From the human T2T-CHM13v2.0 reference genome, Homo sapiens: 64,000 nucleotides of DNA. Position 1 is the first letter of the stretch, and each line of letters starts with the position of its first letter. The position numbers and the translations under genes are program-made. The notes beneath the pieces were generated by a model. It did no database searches and had not been told where the DNA came from. It worked only from the letters and a program-made list of their open reading frames with translations. This document shows positions 1 to 13,623 of this stretch, one piece after another. Where the stretch lies: assembly GCF_009914755.1 (NCBI RefSeq), contig NC_060926.1; one strand, 5' to 3'.

Positions 1-39
1 ATGCTTTTTAAAAGAGGAGTTCCTGTATTGTAGAGATGC

Positions 40-257
40 ATCTTGTTGTATTTACAACTGGGAATAATGCAATGTCTTAGATTTGCTTCAAAATAATTTA
101 GTAGTGTGGAAAGTGGGTGAGGGTACCAATGAAACAAAATTGACTCTGTACTGATCATTGTTGAAATTAGACAATGGGGACATCGGGACTTATTATGCTA
201 GTCTCTTTATTTTTATGTATGTTTTTAATTTTTTATAATAACAAAGTTTAAAAAAAT
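40..257 (+). mobile_element. Old L1M (L1ME-like) 3' end fragment
   Basis: gatttgcttcaaaataat...attgttgaa...ttattatgctagtctc...ttttataataa resembles the L1ME 3' UTR. Confidence 0.55.
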
Positions 258-379
258 TATTGCCCTAGTCCTACACCTTGATAGAAAAGGAAATAACTAA
301 ATGTGAACACATCAATGGAGATGGGACTTTTGGAACATAGATAAACTCAATAAACTCATTTGCTTGGACACTGGACATA

Positions 380-569
380 TCTACTTAAAAAATAAAAGAA
401 TTAGCTGGGTGTGGTAGTGTGTACCTATAGTCCTGGCTACCTGGGGAGGCTGAGATGGGAGGATCACTTTTGCCTAGGAGTTGGAGGCTACAGCGAGCTA
501 TGATCATCAAGCCAGGGTGCTCCAGCCTTGGTAACAGAGTGAGACCCTGTCTCTTAAAAAAAAAAAAAA
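380..569 (+). mobile_element. AluJ/FRAM right-arm element
   Basis: ttagctgggtgtgg...gagaccctgtctc followed by poly(A). Confidence 0.85.
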
Positions 570-2111
570 GGAAAGAAAGAAAAAGAAAGAAATACGAGCT
601 GAACCATCAATGTTCTGGCAGACATTCCTTTTTAAGTCGGTGTTAATGAAAAATAATTACTCTTAATTTTCCAGTATCCAGAAATGTCAAAAACCTTCAA
701 GCACCTAGAGTTCCTGTGCAACCGGAACTAGAGAACACCCAAAGCCTGAAATTTAATTGATTTATGAATAGCTAGACAGATATCAATCACTTTTCACACT
801 CACAATGTACCACCTCTATGTGATATGATGAGTTGGTATTGCTACAATCTTAGTACTCATAATCACAGCACACAAAAGAAAAGCAAGTGAAAGTAAGGTA
901 GAAAGAGAAGAATAAAAATGCCTAATCATCTTTGCTGTAGCATTCATAAACTTCTTCATTTTCTACAAGGGTGGGCTTCAAACTTTTGTAAGACAGGTAA
1001 CCCTTTGTTCAAATCTTACTTGGAAGCATATATACAATTTTTTTTTAAGTGGCTTATCAGTGGGAGCCAAGAAGACATTTTAAAAGCCAGTCCTCTAAAA
1101 CATATTTCCTGGGAGTGGCCAATGCCTTCATTAGCAAATGCAAATGCAAACTGGAAATAAATGCCAATGGTTACCAGTAATAACCTTAAAGGCAATAATT
1201 TAAAGTGTGTCCAGGAAAACACTTTACATGTAGATACAAGAATGAGCCATCTAAATGTGTTCAAAATAAAGGGTTATAGTGGGGACAGGCAATGAATGAG
1301 AATGAACAATTTCACTAAGAATTTTAAAATAACTTAGAAGTTAGCTTGAAACTTGATTCAGTTTAGAGCTGGATGGCATCTTAATACTGCCAAGGGGTTC
1401 CGGCAAGTAGGAATTAAAATATGATTTGTAAGTGAGGATTAGTTTCAGCTTTAAGAAAGAAACTCCCAAATGGCAATGGTTTAAACAAGATGGAAGTTTT
1501 ATTTCTCTCTCTTGTTAAAGCCATAGTAAGTGCTCCAGGGGAAAAAGGCCTTTATTTTTTGTGGTCATGTGCTCAGGAGATCACTCCACATTACCATCCC
1601 TACCTAGGGATTTATTCAATGTGTTTTCCTTCTTTCCAGCCACCCATCCATCCATTCTCTTAATCCTTCTGGAGTAGAGCTGGAACTGGCCACTTAGAGC
1701 GTTGACAGTTTATCAGAATACATCATGTTCTAGGAATTCCCAGGACAGTGACTCTTAACCAATATGCTGCAGCACACAAATGTGCCAAAACCGAGTGCTG
1801 CCCCATTTTGGCCAATGTATAAAACTGCTGATACCTGAGGAAAGTAAATCTGTCTCACATGTATAAGATAAAAACTGAGTAATCAGAATCATCCTAAAAA
1901 TCCTTTGAACTTTCAGGACCCGGGCCCTTGAAAGATCACAAGCTAAAAATGAACTTCTTTTATAATTCTTTGTATTTGGGCCACAACATCGTTTTCTATA
2001 GAATAGTGGAGGCCAAGATCTAGTATGGATGCAGAAGAGAAGAGAGGACCATGAGGTAAATGAAAATATCTTCCTCTTTTTTTGCCCAGTATATACAGCT
2101 GGATGTAAATA

Positions 2112-2466
2112 CAGTAGTCTCCATTTATATGCAGTTTTTCACTTTCCGTGGTTAACTGAGGTCTGAAAATATTAAGTGGGAAATTAGGGAAATAAATCAT
2201 TCCTAAGTTTTAACTTGTGCACTCTTCTGAGTAGCATGATGAAAAACTGAGTAGAGTTGTCCCTCTCTGACCTCCCCAGGACATGAATCTTCCTTTCGTC
2301 CGGTGTGTCCACAGTGTATACACTACCTGCCCGTTAGTCACTTAGTAGCTGTCTTGGTTAACAGACTAAAAACGTATCATATATATAGTGTTCAATACTA
2401 TTTGCAGTTTCAAGCATCCATCGGGGGTCTTGGAATGTATACCCTGCAGATAAGAGGAGACTACTA
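2112..2466 (+). mobile_element. MER44A-like Tigger-family MITE
   Basis: TIR-like ends cagtagtctcc...ggagactacta flanked by TA; internal cccgttagtcacttagtagc. Confidence 0.75.
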
Positions 2467-2938
2467 TAATTCCAAAGTATTCATTATGTTATAGCACGCA
2501 TTTTCCACAGGGGCGGAACTGGTTCTTAGAGGAAAAGGGGCGGGGCAGGGGGGTATGAAAAAAATCTTCCATATTAAAATGGTTTGCATTGCTCCAAAGC
2601 TGAGCCCTACTTGACAAAAACCTTACTCCTCAGTATTTAATTCCTCTCATTGTGTTTTCTTGGGTATCCCACAAGCAACATTAATATGGAAGATACAGTA
2701 AATGTGTGCAAGAACACTGCTATAAAACTATGGCAGCAGATGGCTGTGATTGGAAGACTCTATCCATTGCTAGATCTCCAAGTCACATTGAATGGGAGGC
2801 CATTTGACTGCCTTGTGGCTGATCTTTAGAGCTTTTGTGTGTAGCTTAGGCTCTGATAATTAAACAAAAATAGTTTATATTTTACTATTTAATTCAAAAG
2901 GTTATTTAACACATCATTAGTTATGGTAAGTACTCAAA

Positions 2939-3217
2939 AGACTAGGCGTGGTGGCTCACACCTGAGGCCAAGGCAGGAAGATCACTTGAGGCCAGGAGTT
3001 CAAGATCAGCCTAAGCAACACAGAGAAACTGTCTCTAAAGAAAACAAAACAAAACAAAACAAAAATTAGCCAGGCATGGTGGTACGTGCCTGTAGTCCCG
3101 GCTACACTGATGGCTGAGGTGAGAGGATCACTTGAGCCTGGGAGGTCAAGTGGTGATGGCGCTACTGCACTCCAGTCTGGGTGACAGAGTGAGACCCTGT
3201 CTCAACAACAACAAAAA
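2939..3217 (+). mobile_element. AluJ-like element
   Basis: Dimeric Alu with an (aaaac)n linker. Confidence 0.88.
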
Positions 3218-3318
3218 GTACTCAAAAGAAAAAAATGCTGACAATATCTATCAACTAGATAAAAGTTATTTTCTTATATCAAGGAAAAGTTAAAAGTTAA
3301 TTCACTAAAAATTATTTT

Positions 3319-3437
3319 AGCTGGGCGTGGTGGCTCACACCTATAATCTCAACACTTCGGGAGGCCAAGGCAGGTGGATTGTTTGATACCGGGAGCTTAA
3401 GACCAGCCTGGGTGACAAGGCAAAAACCCGCCTCTAC

Positions 3438-3469
<32 letters not shown>

Positions 3470-3594
3470 TGAGCATGGTGGCATGCCCTGTAGTCCCAGC
3501 TACTTGGGTAGCTGAAGCGGGAGAATCACAGTGAGCCATGATCATGCCACTACACTCTAGCCTGGGCAACACAGCAAGACCCTGTCTCAAAAAA
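3319..3594 (+). mobile_element. AluJ-like element with an expanded A linker
   Basis: Dimeric Alu with a long A run in the middle. Confidence 0.88.
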
Positions 3595-6500
3595 TAACAA
3601 CTGTTTTACTTTTGCTAAAATAAGTTTTGAATGATTTTTATAATTTTTTATTACTATTACTATATGTATACATTGCTGATTGGCAAATATAATTTGATAC
3701 ACTACAGTTTATGTAAGTAAATAAATAACATTAAGAGTTACCCAGCAGATATAAAGTGAAATGTTAATCATTTTTAAATTTAACTTAAAAATTTTGCTTA
3801 GTTATTGATAACCCTGCATCGAAATTTTTAAAAGTAAGCTTTACACTTACTATTTTTATGTATACAGCACAGCTATACGTACAGTACATAATAATACATA
3901 TATACAGTATATATATAGTGAATCTGTGGTATTAAAATTTCATGAAGGAGCAATTAAGGAAAAAGAAAATATCTAAAAAAGGCCCTTAGTGGAGAGATTA
4001 ATTTTAAAAAGGTTAAGAAACACTATTACTACAATATCTATCAGAGGGAATACCAAGCTGACCAAGCCATTCATCTTGGGACTTTATTCCAATTTGCTAC
4101 AAGTACTAAAGTATCACGAAAACATCAAAATACCTACCCCTCAAAAAGAGTTAAGTGAACATGAGTGGAGAGAACTTTGCCTTGTGCATACAAGAGAGTG
4201 AGGCAAGAGCAGTAAAAACAAGGCAGGGCTAAGTGACTCATGTGATGATTGCTGAAGCTTCTATAAAAACAGTGCCTGTGTTATACCACTATTCCAACTG
4301 TGTAGGAATCACTGCTTATTTGTTTAATATTGCTTTGTCTTTTAATTCCTTCAAAGAAGCTAAGAAAAATGATAGTATTTGAAAGCTTGCCTCAAACACA
4401 AAAAAGCAGACATCCAGAGGAATCAAAACTGTTTCCATACAGACTAACCAAAGGTCAGAAGCTTAAAAACTTCCAATTTTTTTCAACCTGTTGTCTTCAC
4501 AATTTATTTGTTGATGGTAACTAAATGTGGGCATGCTAGAAAGATCTCCCTTTATTATAGTCCAGAATGTTTTGTATAAATCAAACCATAAATTGAACAC
4601 TTTTACTTCAACAAGTTGTTCAATAGATATTTTTCTCATATATTTCCAAGCTCATGTTACACTAAAAACCAGTGTGATGACCAGGGAAACATCACAATTT
4701 CACCCATATTTTTTAGCATCTGAAATCTTTCACAGGTGTCCTGAAAGGGGAAAAAGGTCATGAACTCCAGGTCATTAGGTATTACTGTAGCAGAAGGTAC
4801 TACCCACTGTGTATACAGATGGTACAGGATTAAATGTGCATATTACTTACAAGGTTATTTTTCATTTCACAAAATGTATTCTGAGCAGCATGAAAACTAG
4901 AATTGTCAAAACTAAAGTTCTAAACCTTCTGTCTCTCCAACAGGGATCTTGTCACAAGTTAAATTCAAGTTTTCTGTAGAACTGTAAATAATCAAAACTG
5001 AAATAGGTAACAAGCTAAAGGGGAAAAAAAATCACAGGCTCAAGTCAACGCAGCCAATCACACACAAAGCCCATACATTCTACAAGAAATAATTTTTGCC
5101 ACTGATCTGCCCGGCAACCACATAACTGTTCCAAATACAAAAATGTGGAGAATTTTCCTTGCCCAGAAGTGGTTTTTGAAAAGGATAGATGCCTCTTAAC
5201 ATACATAATTAAGTTTGCAACAAACCACAAAAAATGAAGGGGAAGAAGCCTGAAAAAAAGAAAAAGCATATATATATATATATGCCATAATAATCTGATC
5301 CAAAGCCACTAAAATATTTGGAGTTGAACCCTTTTGAAACTCTTAAAATGCTCTGCAGTCTGCTAAAAAGTTAAAGGTTCTTCTTTTTTTCCCACTCAAC
5401 ATTGATCTTATTCTGTCATCAACTTGACATTCTATCTCAAGTTGTTAACTGCAAGGATGCTCAGCAAATAAGAAATATGTAAGACCAGGGGACCACGGCT
5501 TTTCACTCTAGCTACAACTACGGGCTTTCTGGGTGCTTTTGCAGATACTCCACATGCTGCAGAGGACTGCCCCCTGCATAACAAGCAAGGTTACGCTCCA
5601 ATGTCAACAAAACTCCATAGGTTAATGCGAAGATCAATCAGATGAATTTCCAGATTTCTTATAACGCACGGAGCCAGGTTTCTCAAAGGTGAATCGAGTT
5701 CTGTTCCATTCATCCCTACCACCAAACAAAGCAGTACAAAAGAAAGCTTAGTAGTGTACATTAAAAGGACAGGAAGAAATAGGTATAAGTGCCGACGTAA
5801 CTGACATATGCAGGAATCTCTGGAGAACAGACTTAGCTCAATTATAACTGCAAAGCCACTAGAGATTTTTAATTATTAAAAAGTAAGCCATATGCCAGAG
5901 TAATATCAGACAACTCAGTAATCAAGAATGGCAGGGAACAGTAGTTCTTAATCTGCTTCCACTCTACTTTTTAATACTCTGAAGACCTTTTCTTAGTTGA
6001 AAAAGCTGTATGTAAAATAACAATAAACTGGAGGAAATGATGCAGCTAAACATGCCCCAGTAACAAAATTCCTGTGTTTACTGATTTGCTTAGGAGTCTG
6101 AAAAACAATTTTGTTCCTTAGTTGTGGTATGTATGTGTGTACGTGTGTGTGTATTTTATATACACACACACAAACACATACATATATATTAGATGAAAAA
6201 CTTAATACCAACTTTATTACTGACTTATTTTGACAAGCCACTTCTTTATACATTGTTTTCTTCAACCATAAACAAAAAAGGATAATCATACTTGCCATTA
6301 GATAATCAAAACAGAAATCCCTATGAGAAATGAGGAACCATTATTTGTAATGATACCAATTCTCTGTGGCTTGATGGTTCTTGCAGAAAGCACCCTGAGA
6401 AAAAAAGCACTCAGAGCTAGATGTGTGCCCAGGACTCCAAGAGACTAATGCGGCCAATGATGGTGATAGGGGGTGAAAGTAAATCTCCTGCCCTTTTCCA

Positions 6501-9101
6501 AAGAAAGCCCGTTAGATATACTGAAATACATACTGATTCAGGCTGCCCATGTGTAAAAAGCTTTTCATGTTCATAAATCTTGGACATTTCATACATGGAA
6601 AAACTTCAAAAGATTACAATGTTCTACTATGACAGCCAATGTAGATTCAAAAGGAACCACAAGTCTGAGTCTGTAAATATTCATGCTAAATCAAAAACCA
6701 AAATAACAACCTGGCCTAACAAAATTGAACATAAAGACCTACAACCACATCAGAAGTAGTGACAGTTTAGGAATGTGTATTTCCTAATTAAAAAAAAAAA
6801 ATTCTAAACAAAAACAGCAGACATCTACATGTTAGGAAACTAGATACTAAGTATTATATTCTGTATGGGTGCTAAATTATATGGAATTCAAATTATAACA
6901 TCATAAGTTTAGAATTAGAAAAACCTGACTTTTAAGCAGAAGATCAACACAAATTAGCTGTATCACAAAAAGTTCCAAGTGGCACTATCACAAAATTTTC
7001 CAAATGATGAATGCTGTGGCTTCTATCTTCTTAAGGTTTCTTAAATCAGTCCTTTCCTTGGATCCTATGAGCACGATCCAGGCCAAGTCCTCATTATCAC
7101 TCCTCTACAATGTGCTAAAATCCCTTCCCACCATTCTCTTCACCTCTGCTCTCCATCCCACCCAACCTACATATTGCTGCTAAATTAATCCTTTTAAAGT
7201 ACAGATCTAATATCACCTACCTGCTTTAAAAGAAGAAAAAAAAGAAGCTTTAATGCTTTTCTCCTAACTAGCTGCAGCCTTTCCCTAGCATTCAAGACTC
7301 CAAATATAGTTTCAAGCTCCTTCCTCACCCTATAGCCAAACCACACTACACTGTCTGCTGTGTTTCCAAACATACAGCCTGTGTTTCCTATCATTAGTTT
7401 GCCTTGCTTCCCCTGTCTCCACCTATTCTTCCAAAGGCCCATCTCACTTTGCAGAAACTCCCTATTGTTTTTCTGGATGCCCTGAAGAAGTTGCACTTTC
7501 TTCCTCTTCGGAAACATCAAGACAATCATTTTAACATCTTGGTTTGAGGGTCGGTATGTGGTGGTCTTTTCCCTGGCTGGTTGCTTGACAGCAGCACCTG
7601 TGTCCTACTTATCATTGTCTTTTCTGAAGTCTGCCTTATAACTAGGAACTCACACTCTTCTGATAAATAAATATCTAAGGAACTGATTGAAGCAGGAGAA
7701 GTCACAATATTAAGATACCAGTTTACAGAAATATTATCCATCTAAAGGTTACACAAAGCATCACATCCACCACAAGCTATGCTCTCATTTACCATTTCAG
7801 CTCTTTGCAACCTTTCAAGTATGAAAGAAATTGGACCTCACGTTCAGGACGCAATCTGCATCAAATTTTTATCTAGCTAAACTGTTTAAGAAATAAGATT
7901 TCTGAGAAGATTGTGCATGGAAGGAAAAGAAATGCTTCACATCAGCTTACAGGTTGCCATAAGCCTGGATGACCTGGTCTTAAAGCAAAATTCTAGGATG
8001 GTAAACTGGTGAATGAGTATATACAGGCACTAAAAAGGCAGACAACACTGGCAAGGATACTGGGAGGCAGAAGCTGTGGGGTCAACATGCATGACCCGGC
8101 TCCGGCTTCTTTAACTTGCCTAACCCCAGTTCCCTCACTCATAAAACCGGGCTCGTGAGCTGGATGAACTCCAAAATCCAGTTCTAACATCTAGAACTCC
8201 ACAAGCATAACAATGTCTGCATTTTATTATTTCTCATGGAAAGTGGGTAAGAAACAACTTCCTGCTTATTTAATCTCTCATTTATTTAAAAAAAAAAAGA
8301 ACCACACACATCTTCAATCTAAAAAAACCCATAGATTTCAGGGTTATTTTCAAAGGAGTCTCAAAATGAAAACAAAAACAAAAATTAAACAACCACCAAC
8401 AAAAACAATCCCTGAGGACTAATAAATAAAAGAAAAAAAAATATTACCCCACCAAATCTCATTACTAACTGTTAAATAACACTTTAAAAGTAAATGTTCT
8501 GTTAGAAATTTAAGATGCCAAATAGAGTTATAAAGCACAGTGAGGTAAACGGTAGGAATAAGTGGTGAAATATTTCTCTCAAGTTGTTTCTGGACCTTTC
8601 ATCTAACAAAATAAATTTAGATTGAAGCTGCAGAAATATGAAAAGCAAAAATTTCAGAGTTCCTTGGATAATGAGAAACTATTAATAGAATATTAGGAGC
8701 ACATATATACCATTTAGTTAGCCTAGCTTAAACTCTCCAACAAAGATTTTACTGTACTTGGGATTTTATACACGAGGATTCCCACCCTTGCTCTGCAAAC
8801 TTTATGACTTGATTAACATGTGTGAAATCTTTCAGAATAACTTCTGAGGTTTTTGTTTTTGTTTTCTTTTTTCTTTTGTCTTAAAGCCATCAGACAGGCA
8901 GCTTTTGAGTGCAAACCATCACTTTAGGTCTTACCAGCTTCCAGTTAAAACTTCTGGGTTCACCATGTGCTGATGGCTTAAAGGTGCCAGTGATTTAGCC
9001 ATTTTGATGGCTTAAAGGTGCCAGTAACTAGGGGTTACAGCTCAGTTGGAACGAAAGTATACTGTGCAGCACTTACGAGAGTTCTGAAAAGTGTTTTCTT
9101 A

Positions 9102-9461
<360 letters not shown>

Positions 9462-10299
9462 TTAACCATTGCTTAAGAAACTGATTTACCCCAGTACAAA
9501 CTTAGAAAAAGTCAACAAAAAAGAAAACCAAATATTAAACATTCAGAGAAGGATTCAACCTCACAAATGCAAAATAAGATAAAATAGTCTTTTTTCAGCT
9601 CATCAAATTCCCTAAGGTGTTTTATTTGGGGGAAAGAGTGAAAAACCCTCAATGCTGACCAGGGAAAATAAGGCTTCACTGAGGTATAAGTTGGTAAAAT
9701 TCTTTGTAAACAATTTACCAATATATCAGAGCCTTAAAGCTTCATACTCTCTTATTCATAATATTAATACTACCCAAAGGAAATAATCCTAAATTCAAAA
9801 AGGCTTTATGTAGAAAGACATTTACTACAACATTATTTCCAATAGTAAAATTATAAACAACCTATATTAGGGATGGCTACATAAAGTACAGTGCAATCAC
9901 TCATCAGGATACTAAGCGGCTATTAGAAAGCATCTTTATGATGGTTTATCATAACACAGCAACAGCAAATACTTATCATAGTAAATGAAAATTAAAAAGA
10001 GACCACAAGGTTCAAAAAGAGGCAAAACTAAATTACATTGTTTAAAGAACAAACATAGATTGGAAAACTATGAAGCAAGTAAGGTAATGACTATGACCAA
10101 AGTTAGGCTAACAATTACCCTAGGTTAAAATGAAGAATCTGTGATGGGGAGGGGTCATATAAGAAGCTTAGGATACTGGCAATGTTCCATTCTTAATGTG
10201 GCTGATGGTTACACTAGTGTGTACTTTGTAATATTTTAAAAACTACCTATGTTGAATACATTCTTCACAAAGCATAAAAAAAGCAGAATACTAAAGTTT

Positions 10300-10640
10300 A
10301 TGAAGCTATGCTACCACATGGGTGAATCTTGAGGACATTATGCTAAATTAAATAAGCCACTCACAGTAAGACAAATACTGCATGATTCCATTTATATGAA
10401 GTATCTTAAGTCATGAAACTCGGAGAAACAGAAAGTAGAAAGGTAGCTGCCAGGGGTTGGAGGGAAAGGGAATGGGGAATTGATATTGAATGAGTATAAA
10501 AGTTTAGCCATGCAAGATGAAAAGTTCTAGAGACCCACAACAACGTGCACATAGTTAACACTACTGTAACTGTGCACCTCTAAAAGTTTACTAAAAGGGT
10601 AGCTCTCATATGTTTTTTACCACAATAATAATAATTTTTT
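10300..10640 (+). mobile_element. L1MA/L1MB 3' end fragment
   Basis: gaatcttgaggacattatgctaaattaaataagcc...gacaaatactgcatgattcca...agatgaaaagttctagaga. Confidence 0.75.
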
Positions 10641-10658
10641 AAAGTATATGAAGAATAG

Positions 10659-10784
10659 GGCCAGGCAAAACAGCTCATGCCTGTAATCCCAGCGCTTTGG
10701 AAGGCCAAGGCAAGAGTTTGAGACCAACCTGGGCAACATAGCAATACCCCATCTCTACAATAATAATAATAATAATAATAAAAA
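10659..10784 (+). mobile_element. Alu left monomer (FLAM-like) with a (taa)n tail
   Basis: ggccaggc...ccccatctctac followed by (aat)n. Confidence 0.8.
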
Positions 10785-11002
10785 GATGAAAAACAGAATC
10801 ACAACTACATAAATATAGCCATAAGCCAAAAAACCCCATGAACAGAGAAAAAGACTGAAAAGAAATATACCTAAATGTTAACAGAGGTTATGTTTGGGCA
10901 AGGATAATTTTTTCCAACTTTTATTTACTTCCCAGTTTTTCCATGATTAGTATATATTATTCTACTTTGAAAACTAAAACAAACTTACAAACTCAATATT
11001 TC

Positions 11003-11306
11003 ATTTTATTTCACTTTATTTTTTGAGATAGGGTCTCGCTCTGTTGCCCACCCTGGCGCAACCACAAATAATATAAAAGTGCACTGCAGCCTCAACTTCC
11101 TGGGCTCAAGCAATCCTCCCACCTTAGCCTCCAGGGTAGCTGGGACCATAGGCACACGCCACCACACTCAGCTAATTTTTTAATTTTTTGCAGAGACAAA
11201 GTCTCACTCTGTTGCCCAGGCTGGTCTCAAACTCTGGGCTCAAGTGATCCTCCTGCCTCAGCCTCCCAAAGTGCTGGAATTAAGGTGTGAGCCACTGTGC
11301 CCAGCT
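11003..11306 (-). mobile_element. AluJ-like element
   Basis: Reverse Alu: ttttgagatagggtctcgc...gagccactgtgcccagc. Confidence 0.87.
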
Positions 11307-11329
11307 AAAGGCAATATTTTAAAAAAGAA

Positions 11330-11645
11330 TTCCAACAGTCCAAATGAACACTGATAACAAACTGGTACATCCATACAGTAGGATACCACTCAGCAACAAA
11401 AAGGAACAAACTGTAGATAGACTTGACAACCTGGATGACTCTCAAAGGCATTACGCTGAAAGAAAGAAGGCTCTCAAAAGGCTACAGACAGTATGAGTCC
11501 ATTTATATGACATTCTGGAAAAGGCCAAACTTATGGGAACAGAGAACAGATAGTAGTTGTCTGGGATTAGGTATGGGAAAAAAATGCAACTAAAATAAGG
11601 CGTTTTTAGGGTGATGGAACTTTTTGATCTTGTAGTGATAATTAT
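11330..11645 (+). mobile_element. Old L1M 3' fragment (host of the 11660 insertion)
   Basis: aaactggtacatccatacagtaggataccactcagcaacaaaaaggaac...ccatttatatgacattctggaaaaggc. Confidence 0.7.
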
Positions 11646-11659
11646 AATCATCTAAACCT

Positions 11660-12352
11660 CTCTCAATTTACAAATCTAATGTGATCTTAAAAAAAATACC
11701 AATAGAATTGAAAAAAATTACATAAATGGATTCTAAAGTTCATATAAAAAAACAATAGTGATAGAGGGAGACTACTAGATATTAAAATTTATACATCTAC
11801 AGCAATTAAAACAGAGTGGCAATAATTTGTGAGTAGTCATACAGATGAGTGGAACAGAACAGTTCAGAAACAGATCTAAATACTTACAAGAATTGAGAAT
11901 ATGATAAAGGTGGCTTTTCTTTTTTTTTTTATACCATATTATCCAGTAATTCTACTTCTTTTTTTTTTAATTTTATTATTATTATACTTTAAGTTTTAGG
12001 GTACATGTGCACAACGTGCAGGTTTGTTACATATGTATACGTGTGCCATGTTGGTGTGCTGCACCCATTAATGAGAGAAGTGATATCTTTATGATGCTGC
12101 GTATTTCTATGAAAGAACGTGGTGTATCTTCCCATTTGTTTGGGTCTTATTTCATCTCTCATTAGCATTTTAACATTTTCTACAAATAATATTTCTTGTG
12201 TTTATTCCTAAGTATGTTATCATTTATGTTTTGTGCTATTATAACATGGGTCTTTTCTTCCCTTAGAGCTTGAAATTAGACATATTGTATCTATAAAAGC
12301 TATTGATTTCTGAAAATTAATTTATTAAATTTTTATTTTGTAAAAAAAAAAA
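11660..12352 (+). mobile_element. L1-mediated insertion: L1PA 3' end plus 3'-transduced DNA, 5'-inverted
   Basis: 14-bp TSD aatcatctaaacct (11646-11659, 12351-12364); A tail 12342-12352; ATTAAA 12324-12329; L1PA 3' end on the minus strand at 11959-12071. Confidence 0.8.
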
Positions 12353-12849
12353 TCATCTAAACCTGTAACAAAACTCATTTTTAAAAAGAAGTACCTAAGT
12401 ATAGAGAGGAAGACTGAAAGTCAGCAGTCATCATTTAACTTTATAACACTTGTGGCCCTTCAATACATTCTGGAGACCGCTGCTCTAACACAAACATAGA
12501 ACGAATGCTGGCCTCATTTTGCTTTCCAAATTAAAAAGAGAAAAAACAAACTAATATCTGAGGGAATAAACTGAAAACAGAAAGCTGCTTCATGTTAGCA
12601 TACATTGAGCAAAACTTCTTCCACGGATTTACTCCCATAGGTAAAAGCTACTAGCAATAGTTGACATAAAATACAGAATGCCTTTTATCTTCTAGATATC
12701 CAAGTAAAACATGAATATTTTAAGACACTGTACTCTAATATTAAAATAATATAAAAGTAAGCACATAAATGGAGGAAAACGAAAACTAACATTAACTGTT
12801 AATCTGTGGTATCGATTATCTGGCACATGCTAGGTATTAACTATCTGTC

Positions 12850-13180
12850 AATTTATCTATAATCTTATTTAATTCTCAAGACAACCATGCAAAGTAAGTA
12901 TTATTATTCCTATAAAACAGATGGAGAAACAAAGCTCAGAATGATTAAGTAACTTGGCCAAAGTCAAACTAATTGGCTGGAGCTAATACGATTAATTATA
13001 TTATTATTAATATAATTAATATTATATTATATATTATTATATATATTAGATAATAATAATAAATATAATATTAATTATATATATTAATTAATTATATTGC
13101 TAATACGATTAATTATCTGGTCAAAACCAGGATTTGACCAGAATTAACTGACTGTAAAACCCATGCTCTTTCCACTATAG
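12850..13180 (-). mobile_element. MIR interrupted by an AT-rich insert
   Basis: cttatttaattctcaagacaaccatgc...acagatggagaaacaaagctcaga...taagtaacttggccaaagtca. Confidence 0.7.
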
Positions 13181-13279
13181 GGTACACCCAAAAACATTTA
13201 AATGAAAACAAACAATATAAGGGCAAGCTTATGTATGGCTATATATCCACTTAATATGGTCAAAGATGTGCATTGTTGA

Positions 13280-13623
<344 letters not shown>

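Noticed and set aside
2495-4025. Possible Charlie-type hAT fossil interrupted by two Alus
   Set aside because: Only vague terminal resemblance; too diverged to assign by eye.
9077-9083. Possible 7-nt microexon (ttttcag|AACTCTC|gtaagt)
   Set aside because: The pyrimidine tract is short and the length shifts the frame; such patterns are expected by chance.
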